64,000 nucleotides of DNA from Sedimentisphaerales bacterium (GTDB taxonomy: Bacteria > Planctomycetota > Phycisphaerae > Sedimentisphaerales > Anaerobacaceae): contig JAXGYC010000007.1 in NCBI GenBank assembly GCA_040772485.1, positions 96,001 through 160,000 of the forward strand, written 5' to 3'. The number at the start of each line of letters is the position of its first letter. The first letter of the stretch is position 1. Under the pieces are notes generated by a model. It ran no database searches. It was given only the letters and a program-made list of their open reading frames with translations, and was not told the origin of the DNA. Below, piece by piece: positions 49,989 through 59,991 of the stretch. The translations under genes and the position numbers were made by a program.

Positions 49989-50240
49989 CACGGTCCCGCG
50001 GGACGGCGGGCAGCAAACGCTGGAACTTCGTGAAAGGACCGTGCTGCCCCCCGCGGGACGCGCTGCCTGGCGTTATGGTTTGTTGTGTGGGTGCCGCCTG
50101 AGGCGGCGACTTGTATCCTGGGGGAGCGATCTGCCTCGCTGCTACATGATGCGGGCTGGAAGTGGGACTGATCGGCGAACACCGAGGCCGACACGTAGTC
50201 GCCGGCCTTCGCGGATTACGCCGTGAGATGGGGATTTTTG

Positions 50241-51911
50241 CTATTGCAGCCGGGCATCCCAGACCTCATAGACGTCCGTCCCCGCCTGCCGAGCGGAGCA
50301 TCGAATCCAGACCTGCTTGTCCATCCCGTTGGTGTTGGTGTACTGAACGGACAGATCCTGCCAGTAATACCGACCACGAGGATCCGGAATCAAAGCGGAC
50401 GCCAGGGCCAGCGCGCCCGCATCGACCAACGGATCCGCACGCACATCGATCAGCTCCAGGCGAGGCGCCCAGAGTTCGTGCCTGTCGAGGATGAGGATCT
50501 TGCCCGACACGTCCAGCGTCTGGCCCGGCCCAATCGTAATCAGCTCCTGTCGGAAACACGGCGCGGCCGAGTTGGAGCAGATGTGCCTGTAGCTGGTCGC
50601 ATATCCTGGAGGCGCTGTATCCGTTTCGGAAATCACCACGCCGCCCCGTGTCCATGCCTTGAACGCATCGGCCACCCCATCGTGATCATAGCTAGCGACA
50701 TAGGTCCACAGCGGCACGTTGTCTGTGTCGTAGTCGTAATTCTCCGTCATACTGCCGAAGAGGGTGTTATACGCCGAGATGGAGACGACGCGCCGCAGAT
50801 CGTAACTGTTGCCGACAAAGACAGCGTCCCGGATCGTGTGTGCGCCGGCGAAAATCCCGGTGCCACACCCTTCAATCGTTCCGGACACCATGCAACTGGC
50901 GCCTTGATTGACGCCGCTGGTACATCCCGCGATGGTGCCCCGGATCGCGCACCCGGACGGATTCGTGACACCGTAGGTGCATCCCGAGATGGTACCCGAG
51001 ACCGCGCAGCCGGAAGGATTGTTGACGCCGTAGGTACACCCGGAGATCGCGCCGCAGACGGTACACCCGGAGGGATTGACGACACCATAGGTGCACCCCG
51101 AGATGGTGCCCGACACAAGGCTACCCGACGGCACCCCAACCGCGTGCAGACAATCCGTGATCTCGCAAGCCAGCACACCTCCTCTCATATATCGGACCGC
51201 ATACTCGGTCGATCCGACGATCCGTATGTTCCGGCTGACAAGGACAAGCAGAGCGCCGCGTCCCTTGTCGGCGGCCAGGCTGGCATCCAGGGTCACAGTG
51301 TTCGATGTGACTCCAGCGGCGCCGATCGCCCGCTTCTCGGAGTCCGGCACACGACCGGAAACGGCATCAATTCGAACGATCTGGCCGGGCGTCCACATGT
51401 CGCCGGCAACATCCGTGTCAACAGACAGCTCCGTTTGCCCCGCCACCTCGTCCTCCGACAGGGCAATGACGGGATGCATCGGTTCGGCACAATGCAGGTT
51501 CAGAACCAGCCCGGACTGGCACTCAAAACTGCTGGGGGTTGTGGCAAAGTCGAACGTCATCGAACAGGTGAGTGGATACGCCGTTTCAGCCGATCCGCAA
51601 TGGATCGTGCCGGTCCCACCGATGTCTGCACCGGTCTTGAGACAGTACGTGCCAGCCGCTGTGCTACAGCGGATCGTGCCGTTGCACGTCAGCCCTGCAA
51701 TGCCGTCGACCCAGCCGGACATGTCTACATCGAAGAGGACGACGTCCCCGACCAAAATGGTCACACTGTCACCGGGGCCCGGCACAACTGCCCCGGCCCA
51801 AGTCGTTGTCTCCGACCACTTGCCGCCTCCTGTTCCGTTGGACGAGATCGCCGCTGCATGGCAAACATCAGCCAGCGACAACAGACACACAAGCATACGT
51901 AGCTTCATCAT
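50241..51911 (-). CDS. Secreted protein with G8-like N-terminus and Cys-containing beta-solenoid repeats
   Basis: Signal peptide; GKWSETTTW...VPGPGDSVTI; 19-aa repeats; GGAGG RBS. Confidence 0.75.
   Translation of the reverse strand: MMKLRMLVCLLSLADVCHAAAISSNGTGGGKWSETTTWAGAVVPGPGDSVTILVGDVVLFDVDMSGWVDGIAGLTCNGTIRCSTAAGTYCLKTGADIGGTGTIHCGSAETAYPLTCSMTFDFATTPSSFECQSGLVLNLHCAEPMHPVIALSEDEVAGQTELSVDTDVAGDMWTPGQIVRIDAVSGRVPDSEKRAIGAAGVTSNTVTLDASLAADKGRGALLVLVSRNIRIVGSTEYAVRYMRGGVLACEITDCLHAVGVPSGSLVSGTISGCTYGVVNPSGCTVCGAISGCTYGVNNPSGCAVSGTISGCTYGVTNPSGCAIRGTIAGCTSGVNQGASCMVSGTIEGCGTGIFAGAHTIRDAVFVGNSYDLRRVVSISAYNTLFGSMTENYDYDTDNVPLWTYVASYDHDGVADAFKAWTRGGVVISETDTAPPGYATSYRHICSNSAAPCFRQELITIGPGQTLDVSGKILILDRHELWAPRLELIDVRADPLVDAGALALASALIPDPRGRYYWQDLSVQYTNTNGMDKQVWIRCSARQAGTDVYEVWDARLQ
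50855..51117 (-). repeat. 57-bp tandem coding repeat, about 4.5 copies
   Basis: taggt.ca.c..gagat at 50974, 51031 and 51088; peptide GTISGCTYGVxNPSGCxVx. Confidence 0.85.
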
Positions 51912-52069
51912 ACACCCTCCCATCTCGTGTTCATGCACATGCAAGAACTCGGTGGAACTTCCCAAGAAATTAGCCTCTTTCATGGAAGCTACCCTGCGAA
52001 GAGCATTGGCCATAGCACCACGCCACCTTTCTGTCCCCCCTCACTTCATCAGACAACTTTCGCTTGCCT

Positions 52070-53602
52070 TTACCCGGACACGTGCAGGGTGTGCTCCGAG
52101 GGATCCACAGAGATATTCGATCCGGACGCGTCGTTTTGACTCCGCAAATCCGGAATAGCCCAGAGCATCGCTGATCTGTGCTCGTCAACAAGACGGCTGA
52201 ACAAAGCCGCCCTGTGGCTGGCCGACTCGAGAGAACCACTTACGAACACGGCAATCTCAAATTCCGCCGAACTCCCCGCCCGCGCCGTACTGACGGGGAA
52301 ACCCATGGTGACAATGCAGGAGGATTCGACCGGAATGCTTCTCTCTCGCCAGATTCGGGTGTCGAGATTTCCTTCGCTGTCCCTCATCATCAGGGAAACC
52401 CAGGCAAAATTGAGGCCCTTGCCAGCATCACAGACGGCCTGCCACCATTCAGTGCCACGCCGAGCGCGCCGGAACTGCAGTTCCAACTCCTCAAACACCT
52501 GCTGCTCCCGCTTCTCCTGCCGAGCCAACGCCTGCTTGCCCTCCAAAGCGCTAAACATCTGGCGCAGATGCACTGCTCCGACGACGCGGAACAGCAACAG
52601 AACCAGCAGCAGAATACAGGCGAATACTACCAGCGCCCCGACGTCCCGGCGGACCATCATGAACAGCCCCAGACCCGTGGCCACGCACGTGGAGAAATAG
52701 ATCGCCAGGACTGCGTGACGCTGCTTGAGGCCCAGATCGATCAATCGGTGATGGAAGTGGCTGCGGTCCGGTGCGAACAGCGACCGCCGTTCAAGAAACC
52801 GCCGCAGAATCGCAAAGAACGTGTCGAAGATCGGGATGCCTAAGGCCAGAATGGGCAGGGCCAGTCCAACCAGAGCCGACGATTTTGTCAGGCACATCGC
52901 ACTGGAAGCGGCAATCGTAAATCCCACAAACAGGCTTCCGCAGTCGCCCATGAAGATCTTGGCCGGATTGAAGTTGTAGAACAAAAAACCGCTGAGGCCG
53001 CCGAGAAGGGCCAACATGAACACCGCCATCACCCGATTCTCGCTGTAGATCGCGAAGACCGCAATCACGGCACAGGCCACAGCGGACACGCCGGCCGCCA
53101 ATCCATCGAGACCGTCGCTGAGATTCACGGCGTTCGTGATGCCGATGATCCAAAGGATAGTCAGTGGCGCGCCCCACGGCCCGAGTGGGAGCACGCATCC
53201 ATCCACTATCTCCAGAGCCGAAACGCGAACGCCGACGCCGCACAGCAACGTTGCCGCTAGGACCTCTACCACCAGCTTGATCCTCGCGGGCAGTCCTCTC
53301 AGATCGTCTACAAGGCCCACCAGAAAAATGAGCGTCGCCATTCCCAGCAGCGTGCTCACCTGAATGCTCACCCGCCGGAAGGCATCGCCGACTTGGTTGT
53401 CCAATAACAGAACCACCAAGATCAGGCAGATCGCCGAGACGAAGATTGCGACTCCCCCAATGCGAGGCACCGGCTGAGTATGGACCGTGCGGACCCCCGG
53501 CCGGTCGACCGCGTCGATGCGGCGCGCCAAGGCGATTACCGCCGGCGTGACGGCCAGCGCCAAAACCAATGAACCGAACCATACGGAGAAATACGTCGTC
53601 AT
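52070..53602 (-). CDS. wecA: WecA/TagO-type undecaprenyl-phosphate HexNAc-1-phosphate transferase
   Basis: GLVDD, NAVNLSDGLDGL, FMGDCGS and DRSHFHH motifs. Confidence 0.9.
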   Translation of the reverse strand: MTTYFSVWFGSLVLALAVTPAVIALARRIDAVDRPGVRTVHTQPVPRIGGVAIFVSAICLILVVLLLDNQVGDAFRRVSIQVSTLLGMATLIFLVGLVDDLRGLPARIKLVVEVLAATLLCGVGVRVSALEIVDGCVLPLGPWGAPLTILWIIGITNAVNLSDGLDGLAAGVSAVACAVIAVFAIYSENRVMAVFMLALLGGLSGFLFYNFNPAKIFMGDCGSLFVGFTIAASSAMCLTKSSALVGLALPILALGIPIFDTFFAILRRFLERRSLFAPDRSHFHHRLIDLGLKQRHAVLAIYFSTCVATGLGLFMMVRRDVGALVVFACILLLVLLLFRVVGAVHLRQMFSALEGKQALARQEKREQQVFEELELQFRRARRGTEWWQAVCDAGKGLNFAWVSLMMRDSEGNLDTRIWRERSIPVESSCIVTMGFPVSTARAGSSAEFEIAVFVSGSLESASHRAALFSRLVDEHRSAMLWAIPDLRSQNDASGSNISVDPSEHTLHVSG

Positions 53603-53679
53603 GAGGTCACCTGTGCGCCCCTGCTGCAGTTACCCGAGGCCAAGACCGGCTGTGAGAATACCGTCACGGCTCACGATCG

Positions 53680-54675
53680 TCAGATGTGGATCTCCTCCAC
53701 CGGCTCGATCAGCAGAGGCGGCATGTGCTGATAGCGGGTCGTGGCGCGTTTGGTGTCGATATCCCGATAGACGCGTTCCACCTGCTCGGTCTGCAAAGAC
53801 AGGACTTCCGCTATCTCCTCCGGGGTCATGCCGTGGTTCTTGCCGTACAGGCACACGTCCAGGACGTGATGCGGTACGGAGAAGTAGAACTCCTCCTGAT
53901 CCTGAGACAGCGAATAGGTGTCCGTGGTGGGAGGCCGGTCACAGATATCTTTGGGCAGCCCGAGGAACGCCGCCATCTGGTAGACCTGCGTCTTGTACAG
54001 GTGGGCAATGGGTTTGACGTCGGCCGCGCCGTCGCCCAGCTTGACGAAGAAGCCCTGATCGTACTCCTGCCGGTTGGGCGTGCCGGTGACGGCATAATTG
54101 CGCCGGTCGGCGTGGAAATACTCCAACATCTTGCGAATGCGCTGTTTGAAATTGGTCGCCGCGACAATCTGCAAGTAGGCGCTGACCGGCAGCCGGGCCT
54201 GCGTCTGCCGTCCGTCGGGTGACTCAACCACGACCGAGAACACTCGCAAATGCTCGGCTGTCAACAGCGACGGCAACACGATCTTGCACTTGTACCCCTG
54301 ATCGTACTCGGGGATCACGCTGCGAATAGCTTCATCGCGATAACGATAGCACCCGACGACATTGAGCATCTCCGTGATGTCCTGGTATTCACACTCGATA
54401 CCCAGATGATCCACAATCAAGCGACTGAGCCGCAATGTCTCCGTCGACGAGTCCTTTTCCGGCAGCAACAGCCCGAACACCCGCTCCGGCCCCAGCGCCC
54501 GCACGCACAGGCCGCCGACCACACTGCTGTCGATACCCCCCGAGAAGGCGACCACGACGCCGCGTCTCTTGAGTTTGTCGCGCAGAGACTCACGCAAACG
54601 CTGCATGATCCGCTCCGCTTCCCGTTCACAGTCCAGCCGCAGACCACTCCAGGACGCCACCTTCTCCATCAGCAT
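53680..54675 (-). CDS. nadE: NH3-dependent NAD synthetase-like protein (EPS-cluster paralog)
   Basis: SGGIDSS, NFKQRIR, GTPNRQE, GDGAAD and HLYKTQV motifs. Confidence 0.85.
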   Translation of the reverse strand: MLMEKVASWSGLRLDCEREAERIMQRLRESLRDKLKRRGVVVAFSGGIDSSVVGGLCVRALGPERVFGLLLPEKDSSTETLRLSRLIVDHLGIECEYQDITEMLNVVGCYRYRDEAIRSVIPEYDQGYKCKIVLPSLLTAEHLRVFSVVVESPDGRQTQARLPVSAYLQIVAATNFKQRIRKMLEYFHADRRNYAVTGTPNRQEYDQGFFVKLGDGAADVKPIAHLYKTQVYQMAAFLGLPKDICDRPPTTDTYSLSQDQEEFYFSVPHHVLDVCLYGKNHGMTPEEIAEVLSLQTEQVERVYRDIDTKRATTRYQHMPPLLIEPVEEIHI

Positions 54676-54690
54676 GTTCTTCGTTCTCCT

Positions 54691-56328
54691 CTAATCCCTC
54701 ACGGTTTGTAGTTCGCGTCGGTCGATCTTGCCCCGCTCGGTCCTCGGCAGAGCCGGGACGAATTCGACGTATTTCGGCACCATCAGCGGCTCCAGGAGGC
54801 GCGCACAATGCCTCAGGATGTCCCTCTCCTCCAGGTTGGCCCGACCGTCGACGACAAACACCTTGATCGCCTGGCCCAGCACATTGTCGGGGACGCCGAC
54901 GGCCGCAGCTTCCACCACGCCCTCCAGCTCACAGACCACATCCTCGATCTCTTTGGGACTGACGCGTTCGCCGCGCGTCTTGATCATGTCATCCTTTCGC
55001 CCCTGGAAATAGAGGTACCCTTGTTCGTCGGTCCTGAAGAAGTCGCCGGAGTGCAGCCAGCGCGAGGCCGGATAGTCTCCTCGGCGGAAGACGCCATCCG
55101 ACAGCGACGGAGAATTCCAGTAGCCCTGCATGACGTTCGAGCCCCGTATAATCAGCTCGCCGACCTGGCCCGGCCGGACCTCGTTGCCGTCGGAATCCAC
55201 GATGCGCACCTCGCAGTTGGGCATCGGCCGTCCGACGGAGGCCGGCCGTTCGTCCAGCTCCGGCCCGGACAGATAGCACACTCTCACGCACTCAGTCAGC
55301 CCGTACATGTTGAAAATCGTCGCATGCGGCGCCAATCGGCGCAGGCGGCGAAGGTGTCCTACCGGCAGAGCGGCGCCGGCGCTGGTGATATAACGCAACG
55401 TGCTGAAATCATACTCCTCGATGTTCTCCATGCGCAAAAGCATGGCCGCCATACTGGGCACCAAAGGAAACCCGGTGACCTTCTCCTCGGCGATGCGGCT
55501 CAGCAAAACATGCGGATAAAGAAACGAACGCTCCAGAACCACCGTGGCCCCGACCATGCACGAGATCAGGACCTGATAGAGACCGTAGCCGAACGACAAC
55601 GGCAGCACGTCGAGCAGGACGTCGCGCTCCGAATTGCCAATGTACTGAATGATGCTCTTGGCGGCGGCGATCATATCGCGATGCGTGCACGTGACTCCCT
55701 TGGCTTTGCCCGTCGTGGCCGACGTATAGATGATCGCCGCGAGATCCAGGTCGATGCAGCGAGGAAGCCGGCCGCAGGCAGCCTGGCCCGCCTGAATGTC
55801 CAAGCCGCTGCATGCCGGAAACAGCGCTTCCCAGCTCACACTCGAAACCCCGTCAGGCAGCCCCATCGCCGGTTGGCCGTCCACCCACACGACCTTCAAG
55901 TCCCCGTGCCAGCCTTGCAGCGCATCGGCGAGGACTCGTCCCTGGGCGGCCCGAGCCACCAGGACGCGTGCGCCGGAATCCTCCAGCACATGCCGCAGAC
56001 GACGCGACCTGGAGTTGCTCTCCAACAGCACGAACGCCGCGCCGGCCTTGAGCGCTCCGAACAGGCAAACCACGGTCTCGGCACAATTGCCCAAGAGCAC
56101 GACCAGCCGGTCGTGTCTTTGAACCCCAAGATCGACCAATGCGGCCGAAAGACAGTCTACGGAGGCGTTGAGCCGCTGATACGACCAGCGATCCTGACCG
56201 CACACCAGGGCATCCTTTGACGCAAACCGCTCGGCCGCCCGCGACAGCCACTGGTGCAGTAAGACGGGATCCAACTCCATGGCACTGCTGCTTTCCATTG
56301 TGAGATCGGAGAAGATCGGCGAAGACAT
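54691..56328 (-). CDS. AMP-dependent acyl/aminoacyl ligase
   Basis: YTSATTGKAKG, YGLTE, SGD, GRKDDMIK and GKIDR motifs; start uncertain (56328, 56298 or 56280). Confidence 0.88.
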   Translation of the reverse strand: MSSPIFSDLTMESSSAMELDPVLLHQWLSRAAERFASKDALVCGQDRWSYQRLNASVDCLSAALVDLGVQRHDRLVVLLGNCAETVVCLFGALKAGAAFVLLESNSRSRRLRHVLEDSGARVLVARAAQGRVLADALQGWHGDLKVVWVDGQPAMGLPDGVSSVSWEALFPACSGLDIQAGQAACGRLPRCIDLDLAAIIYTSATTGKAKGVTCTHRDMIAAAKSIIQYIGNSERDVLLDVLPLSFGYGLYQVLISCMVGATVVLERSFLYPHVLLSRIAEEKVTGFPLVPSMAAMLLRMENIEEYDFSTLRYITSAGAALPVGHLRRLRRLAPHATIFNMYGLTECVRVCYLSGPELDERPASVGRPMPNCEVRIVDSDGNEVRPGQVGELIIRGSNVMQGYWNSPSLSDGVFRRGDYPASRWLHSGDFFRTDEQGYLYFQGRKDDMIKTRGERVSPKEIEDVVCELEGVVEAAAVGVPDNVLGQAIKVFVVDGRANLEERDILRHCARLLEPLMVPKYVEFVPALPRTERGKIDRRELQTVRD

Positions 56329-56350
56329 TCGCAATCGCCGACGGAGAATG

Positions 56351-58399
56351 TCATTTGTGCGAAGCGATCGGTACTTCGGCCCTCTGCGGCAAGCGAGAAG
56401 GAGTCTCTGCAATGGCCGGTCGCACACCCGAACGCCTGTCGACGACGATGTCAAGCTGGGCGAGGGGAATTGCCTGCGTGCAGAACTCCTCCACAAACTG
56501 CTGATGGATGATCTGCGACGACAGGATGCCCGCCAGGGCCATGCTGTCAACCTCTCCCGGATCGGACACCGTCCGCATCTTCTTGAGAAGTCTGTCCACT
56601 TTGTCGGCGTCGAACAGCCCTGCCGATGCAATCGCCCTGGGGCTGAGCACTTCCATCACGCGGTCCCTATTGGCCTGGCTCAAAAGGCCGCAGACGATCG
56701 GCGCACGGTAGGGTTGCTTGCTCCGCCGGCAGATGCTTTCCGGCAGAAGCGGCGCCAGGACCTTCTTGAGGAGGTACTTCTCGTTCAGGCCCAGCAGTTT
56801 CCAGCGGGACGGGACGCGGGCCATGAACTCGATGAGGCGATAGTCCAGGAACGGCAGCCGAATCTCCACCGAATTGGCCATCGCCACCCTGTCACCCTGC
56901 GACGAGAGAAGGTAATTGCTCAGGAAGAGCTTCGTCTCGAGATACTGCGCTTTGGCCACAGCATCCAGGGGACCGAATCCCGCCGGCAGGCTCGCGCGGA
57001 TTTCTTCATAGACATCAGCGGAGGCGACGGCCGACTGGAGTTCTGCCGCAAAAAACGCCTTGATCCGGCTGGTGTTCCGCCATCGGACCATGTGCGAGAA
57101 GAGCGGGTCGTCATATTGAGCCAGACCGGAACCGAAAAAGGAGTTGAGAAAACTCTTCGCTCGTTCCTCCCGAAAGACGTAGCCGTAGAGCTGGCCGACC
57201 AGCGCCGCCCGAGCGCTGGAAGCCGGCTGCCGCGCCCAGAACTGCCGGACCTTGGCTTCCTTGAAGATGTTATATCCTCCGAAAATCTCGTCGGCTCCTT
57301 CGCCCGTCAGAACAACCTTCAGACCGCTGTCCCGGACCGCCCTGGACAACATCAACAGAGGCACGGGGGCGGTACGCAGGACGGGCTTCTCGGCGTGCCA
57401 GAGCATCTCGGCGAACGAAGTGCCGATCCCCGGCGTCGATGCTCGGACTTCCCGGTGATGGGTGCCGAGAAGGGCGGCCATCGTCTGCTGGTGGGGTCCC
57501 TCGTCGAAGGCCTCCTGCTCGAAACGGATGCCAAACGTGCTCAGATCCGCGTTGAATCGGCGGGCCGTCAGTGCGGCGATGCCGGAAGAATCCAGCCCGC
57601 CGCTGAGATAGCAGCCCACCGGAACATCGGCGCGCAGGCGAACGCGCACGGCGTCCACCAGAAGCTCACGAACGGTCTCGACAATCGCGTCTGCCGGCTG
57701 GTCCAACTGCTCGGACCGAGGGCAGACCGGGATATCCCAGTACCTACGAATCCGCATACCCGCCTGCGAGACCTGCAGGAAGTGCCCGGGCGGCAGTTCG
57801 TGAACGCCCTGAAACACGGTGCGTCCGGGCAGGACCGTCCAGAACGTGAACACCTGATTGACCGCTTCCGGATCGATCCGGCGAGGCACCTCGGGGACCG
57901 CAAAGATGGATTTCACCTCGGAGGCAAAGATCAGCCGGCCCTCGTGGACGGTGTAATGCAACGGACGAATCCCCACGCGGTCGCGGGCCAGGAACAGTTC
58001 CTGCCGGCGGCTGTCCCAGATGGCCAAGCCGAACTGGCCGTTGAGCCGTGCCAGACACTCGGGGCCTTCCTGCTCGTACAGGTGAAGCAGAACCTCCGTA
58101 TCCGATGTCGTGTAGAAGCGATGGCCCTGCCGCACCAATTGCTCCTTCAATTCCGGGTAGTTGAAGATCTCCCCGTTGTAGACGATCCAGAGCGTCTGGT
58201 CTTCATTGTGGATCGGCTGGCCCCCGCCCGCCAGGTCGATGATGCTCAGCCGCACGTGCCCCAGCCCAATCCGGTCGTCGAGGTAGACCCCCGCCTCATC
58301 CGGCCCCCGATACCGAATCGTCCCCATCATCCGCGCTAGCGTCTGGGTGTCGATATCCTTCGCGGCTTCGAGCTTGCAGATCCCAACAATTCCGCACAT
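56351..58399 (-). CDS. asnB: Asparagine synthase-like amidotransferase
   Basis: MCGIVG, RGPD, NGEIFN, LSGGLDSS and TGEGADE motifs. Confidence 0.92.
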   Translation of the reverse strand: MCGIVGICKLEAAKDIDTQTLARMMGTIRYRGPDEAGVYLDDRIGLGHVRLSIIDLAGGGQPIHNEDQTLWIVYNGEIFNYPELKEQLVRQGHRFYTTSDTEVLLHLYEQEGPECLARLNGQFGLAIWDSRRQELFLARDRVGIRPLHYTVHEGRLIFASEVKSIFAVPEVPRRIDPEAVNQVFTFWTVLPGRTVFQGVHELPPGHFLQVSQAGMRIRRYWDIPVCPRSEQLDQPADAIVETVRELLVDAVRVRLRADVPVGCYLSGGLDSSGIAALTARRFNADLSTFGIRFEQEAFDEGPHQQTMAALLGTHHREVRASTPGIGTSFAEMLWHAEKPVLRTAPVPLLMLSRAVRDSGLKVVLTGEGADEIFGGYNIFKEAKVRQFWARQPASSARAALVGQLYGYVFREERAKSFLNSFFGSGLAQYDDPLFSHMVRWRNTSRIKAFFAAELQSAVASADVYEEIRASLPAGFGPLDAVAKAQYLETKLFLSNYLLSSQGDRVAMANSVEIRLPFLDYRLIEFMARVPSRWKLLGLNEKYLLKKVLAPLLPESICRRSKQPYRAPIVCGLLSQANRDRVMEVLSPRAIASAGLFDADKVDRLLKKMRTVSDPGEVDSMALAGILSSQIIHQQFVEEFCTQAIPLAQLDIVVDRRSGVRPAIAETPSRLPQRAEVPIASHK

Positions 58400-58506
58400 A
58401 CGGATTCAGCCCTGCTGCAACCGGCCACAGAACGTGGTGTATCGATCCGACCCCGGCCTGATCGACGACGGACTCAGGCAATGACTGGCGATGACACGGA
58501 CACCCC

Positions 58507-59472
58507 CTACTCCTGCCCGTCAAGCCAGCTCCGGCCCAGGAAGGCAAGATCGCGAAGATCCACCTGTCCATCGCCATCGAGATCGGCCACCCCGGCCTGC
58601 CCTGGGGCGCCCGACCATCCGGCCAACCTCGCAAAGAGCCACCAGGCCGCGTACGCCTTCTGATTCGCGTTGAGCGGCTCGCTGTGTGCCGAGGTGCACT
58701 GATACCAATCCACATTCACCGTGTGACGGTTCTGCCACTGACGGGCCCAGTTGCCCAGCAGCACACCCGTCCGCGATGCATAGTAGTCGCAGTTGTCGCT
58801 CGGAAACGGGTAGTACACGCTGTCGGGGTCATGGCTTTCAATGTGGGCGAAATCATACAACACCTTATTGTTGGCCCGGCAGTAATCCCGGACAACCTGG
58901 TTTGCCGCCTTGTTGTTTGCATCATTCCCATGATCCACATGCCCCGTCATGTACACAAAGGTGACGTGCGGGTACTCCGATTCAAGCTGGCTCATCGGAT
59001 CGATGTACTCCGACAACAATCGATCGCTGCTGTACTTGCTGCTCACCTGACCACACCACGACCACATTACGACATTGACATCCGCATTCTGCGGATCGTT
59101 CAGATAGGTCCGAGTGCTGTTAACCCACTGTGGATAATACCCAACATCGTCAATCATGGCACGATCGTGCAGATCAAGCCCGCCGTTCACCCCACCGTTG
59201 TTCCAGACGAAGATGTCTTTGGATAACGAAAGCCCTTTGCCGCCGCTGTTGGCAAACGCCACCAGCCCCGTCATTCCAGTGGTGATCTGGGAGCCGTGTG
59301 AGGTGTGGCCATAGGCAATGTGAAGATATGCCTTGGCTCTAAGGATCGCCCATTCGGGGACCTCGGTAATGTCGGTGCATGCGTGGTCAACCAAGATCGG
59401 CTCAGCACGCATCGCCGGACTCAGACCATTCAGGACACACACAATCAACAGGATAAATCGTCTGCTGCTCAT
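58507..59472 (-). CDS. Secreted SGNH-like protein with dockerin/EF-hand-like tail
   Basis: Signal peptide; YGHTSHG; MWSWC; AHS..LN; ADLDGDGQVDLRDLAFLGRSWL. Confidence 0.7.
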   Translation of the reverse strand: MSSRRFILLIVCVLNGLSPAMRAEPILVDHACTDITEVPEWAILRAKAYLHIAYGHTSHGSQITTGMTGLVAFANSGGKGLSLSKDIFVWNNGGVNGGLDLHDRAMIDDVGYYPQWVNSTRTYLNDPQNADVNVVMWSWCGQVSSKYSSDRLLSEYIDPMSQLESEYPHVTFVYMTGHVDHGNDANNKAANQVVRDYCRANNKVLYDFAHIESHDPDSVYYPFPSDNCDYYASRTGVLLGNWARQWQNRHTVNVDWYQCTSAHSEPLNANQKAYAAWWLFARLAGWSGAPGQAGVADLDGDGQVDLRDLAFLGRSWLDGQE

Positions 59473-59554
59473 GGCATTCTCCCTTTCATCACAAAAGCTC
59501 CACGACAGTCGCACATCCCTCAGCCGCGTCGTGCGACGATGGCTTGGCGACAGA

Positions 59555-59824
59555 TCAACTCGGCAATTGCACTATAGTCTTCTCCCTGACCTTCCTCGTT
59601 ACGAAATTGGACATCTTCCTCAACGTGCCGAGATTCTCCGGAATCACTTCACTATCGGTGATCTCGATGCCAAACTTCTCCTCGGCGAAGGTAATGATCT
59701 CAAGGAACCCGGTCGAATCGAGAATCCCGCCTTCCTGGAACGGTGTATCCGGCTCCAGACCCTGCCTGTCCCCGAAGAGGATATTCTCCACAATGTACTC
59801 GCGAATCTCGTCCAAGATCTCCAT
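59555..59824 (-). CDS. Acyl/aminoacyl carrier protein
   Basis: GILDSTG Ppant motif; EEKFGIEI; PENL. Confidence 0.9.
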   Translation of the reverse strand: MEILDEIREYIVENILFGDRQGLEPDTPFQEGGILDSTGFLEIITFAEEKFGIEITDSEVIPENLGTLRKMSNFVTRKVREKTIVQLPS

Positions 59825-59991
59825 GCTACTGTCTCCCTGTTCTATTCCAGTCACAGTCCCGAGCCCAAATGATCCAGATAACCGTCTGTCGCCGCCATGT
59901 CAGGCGCATTCGATGGTCGGCCACATCTGCAGTGTTCTGTCCTGGACCTCTGCACCAGACCAGACCAGGAACTGGCCGACGGGTTCCTCAG

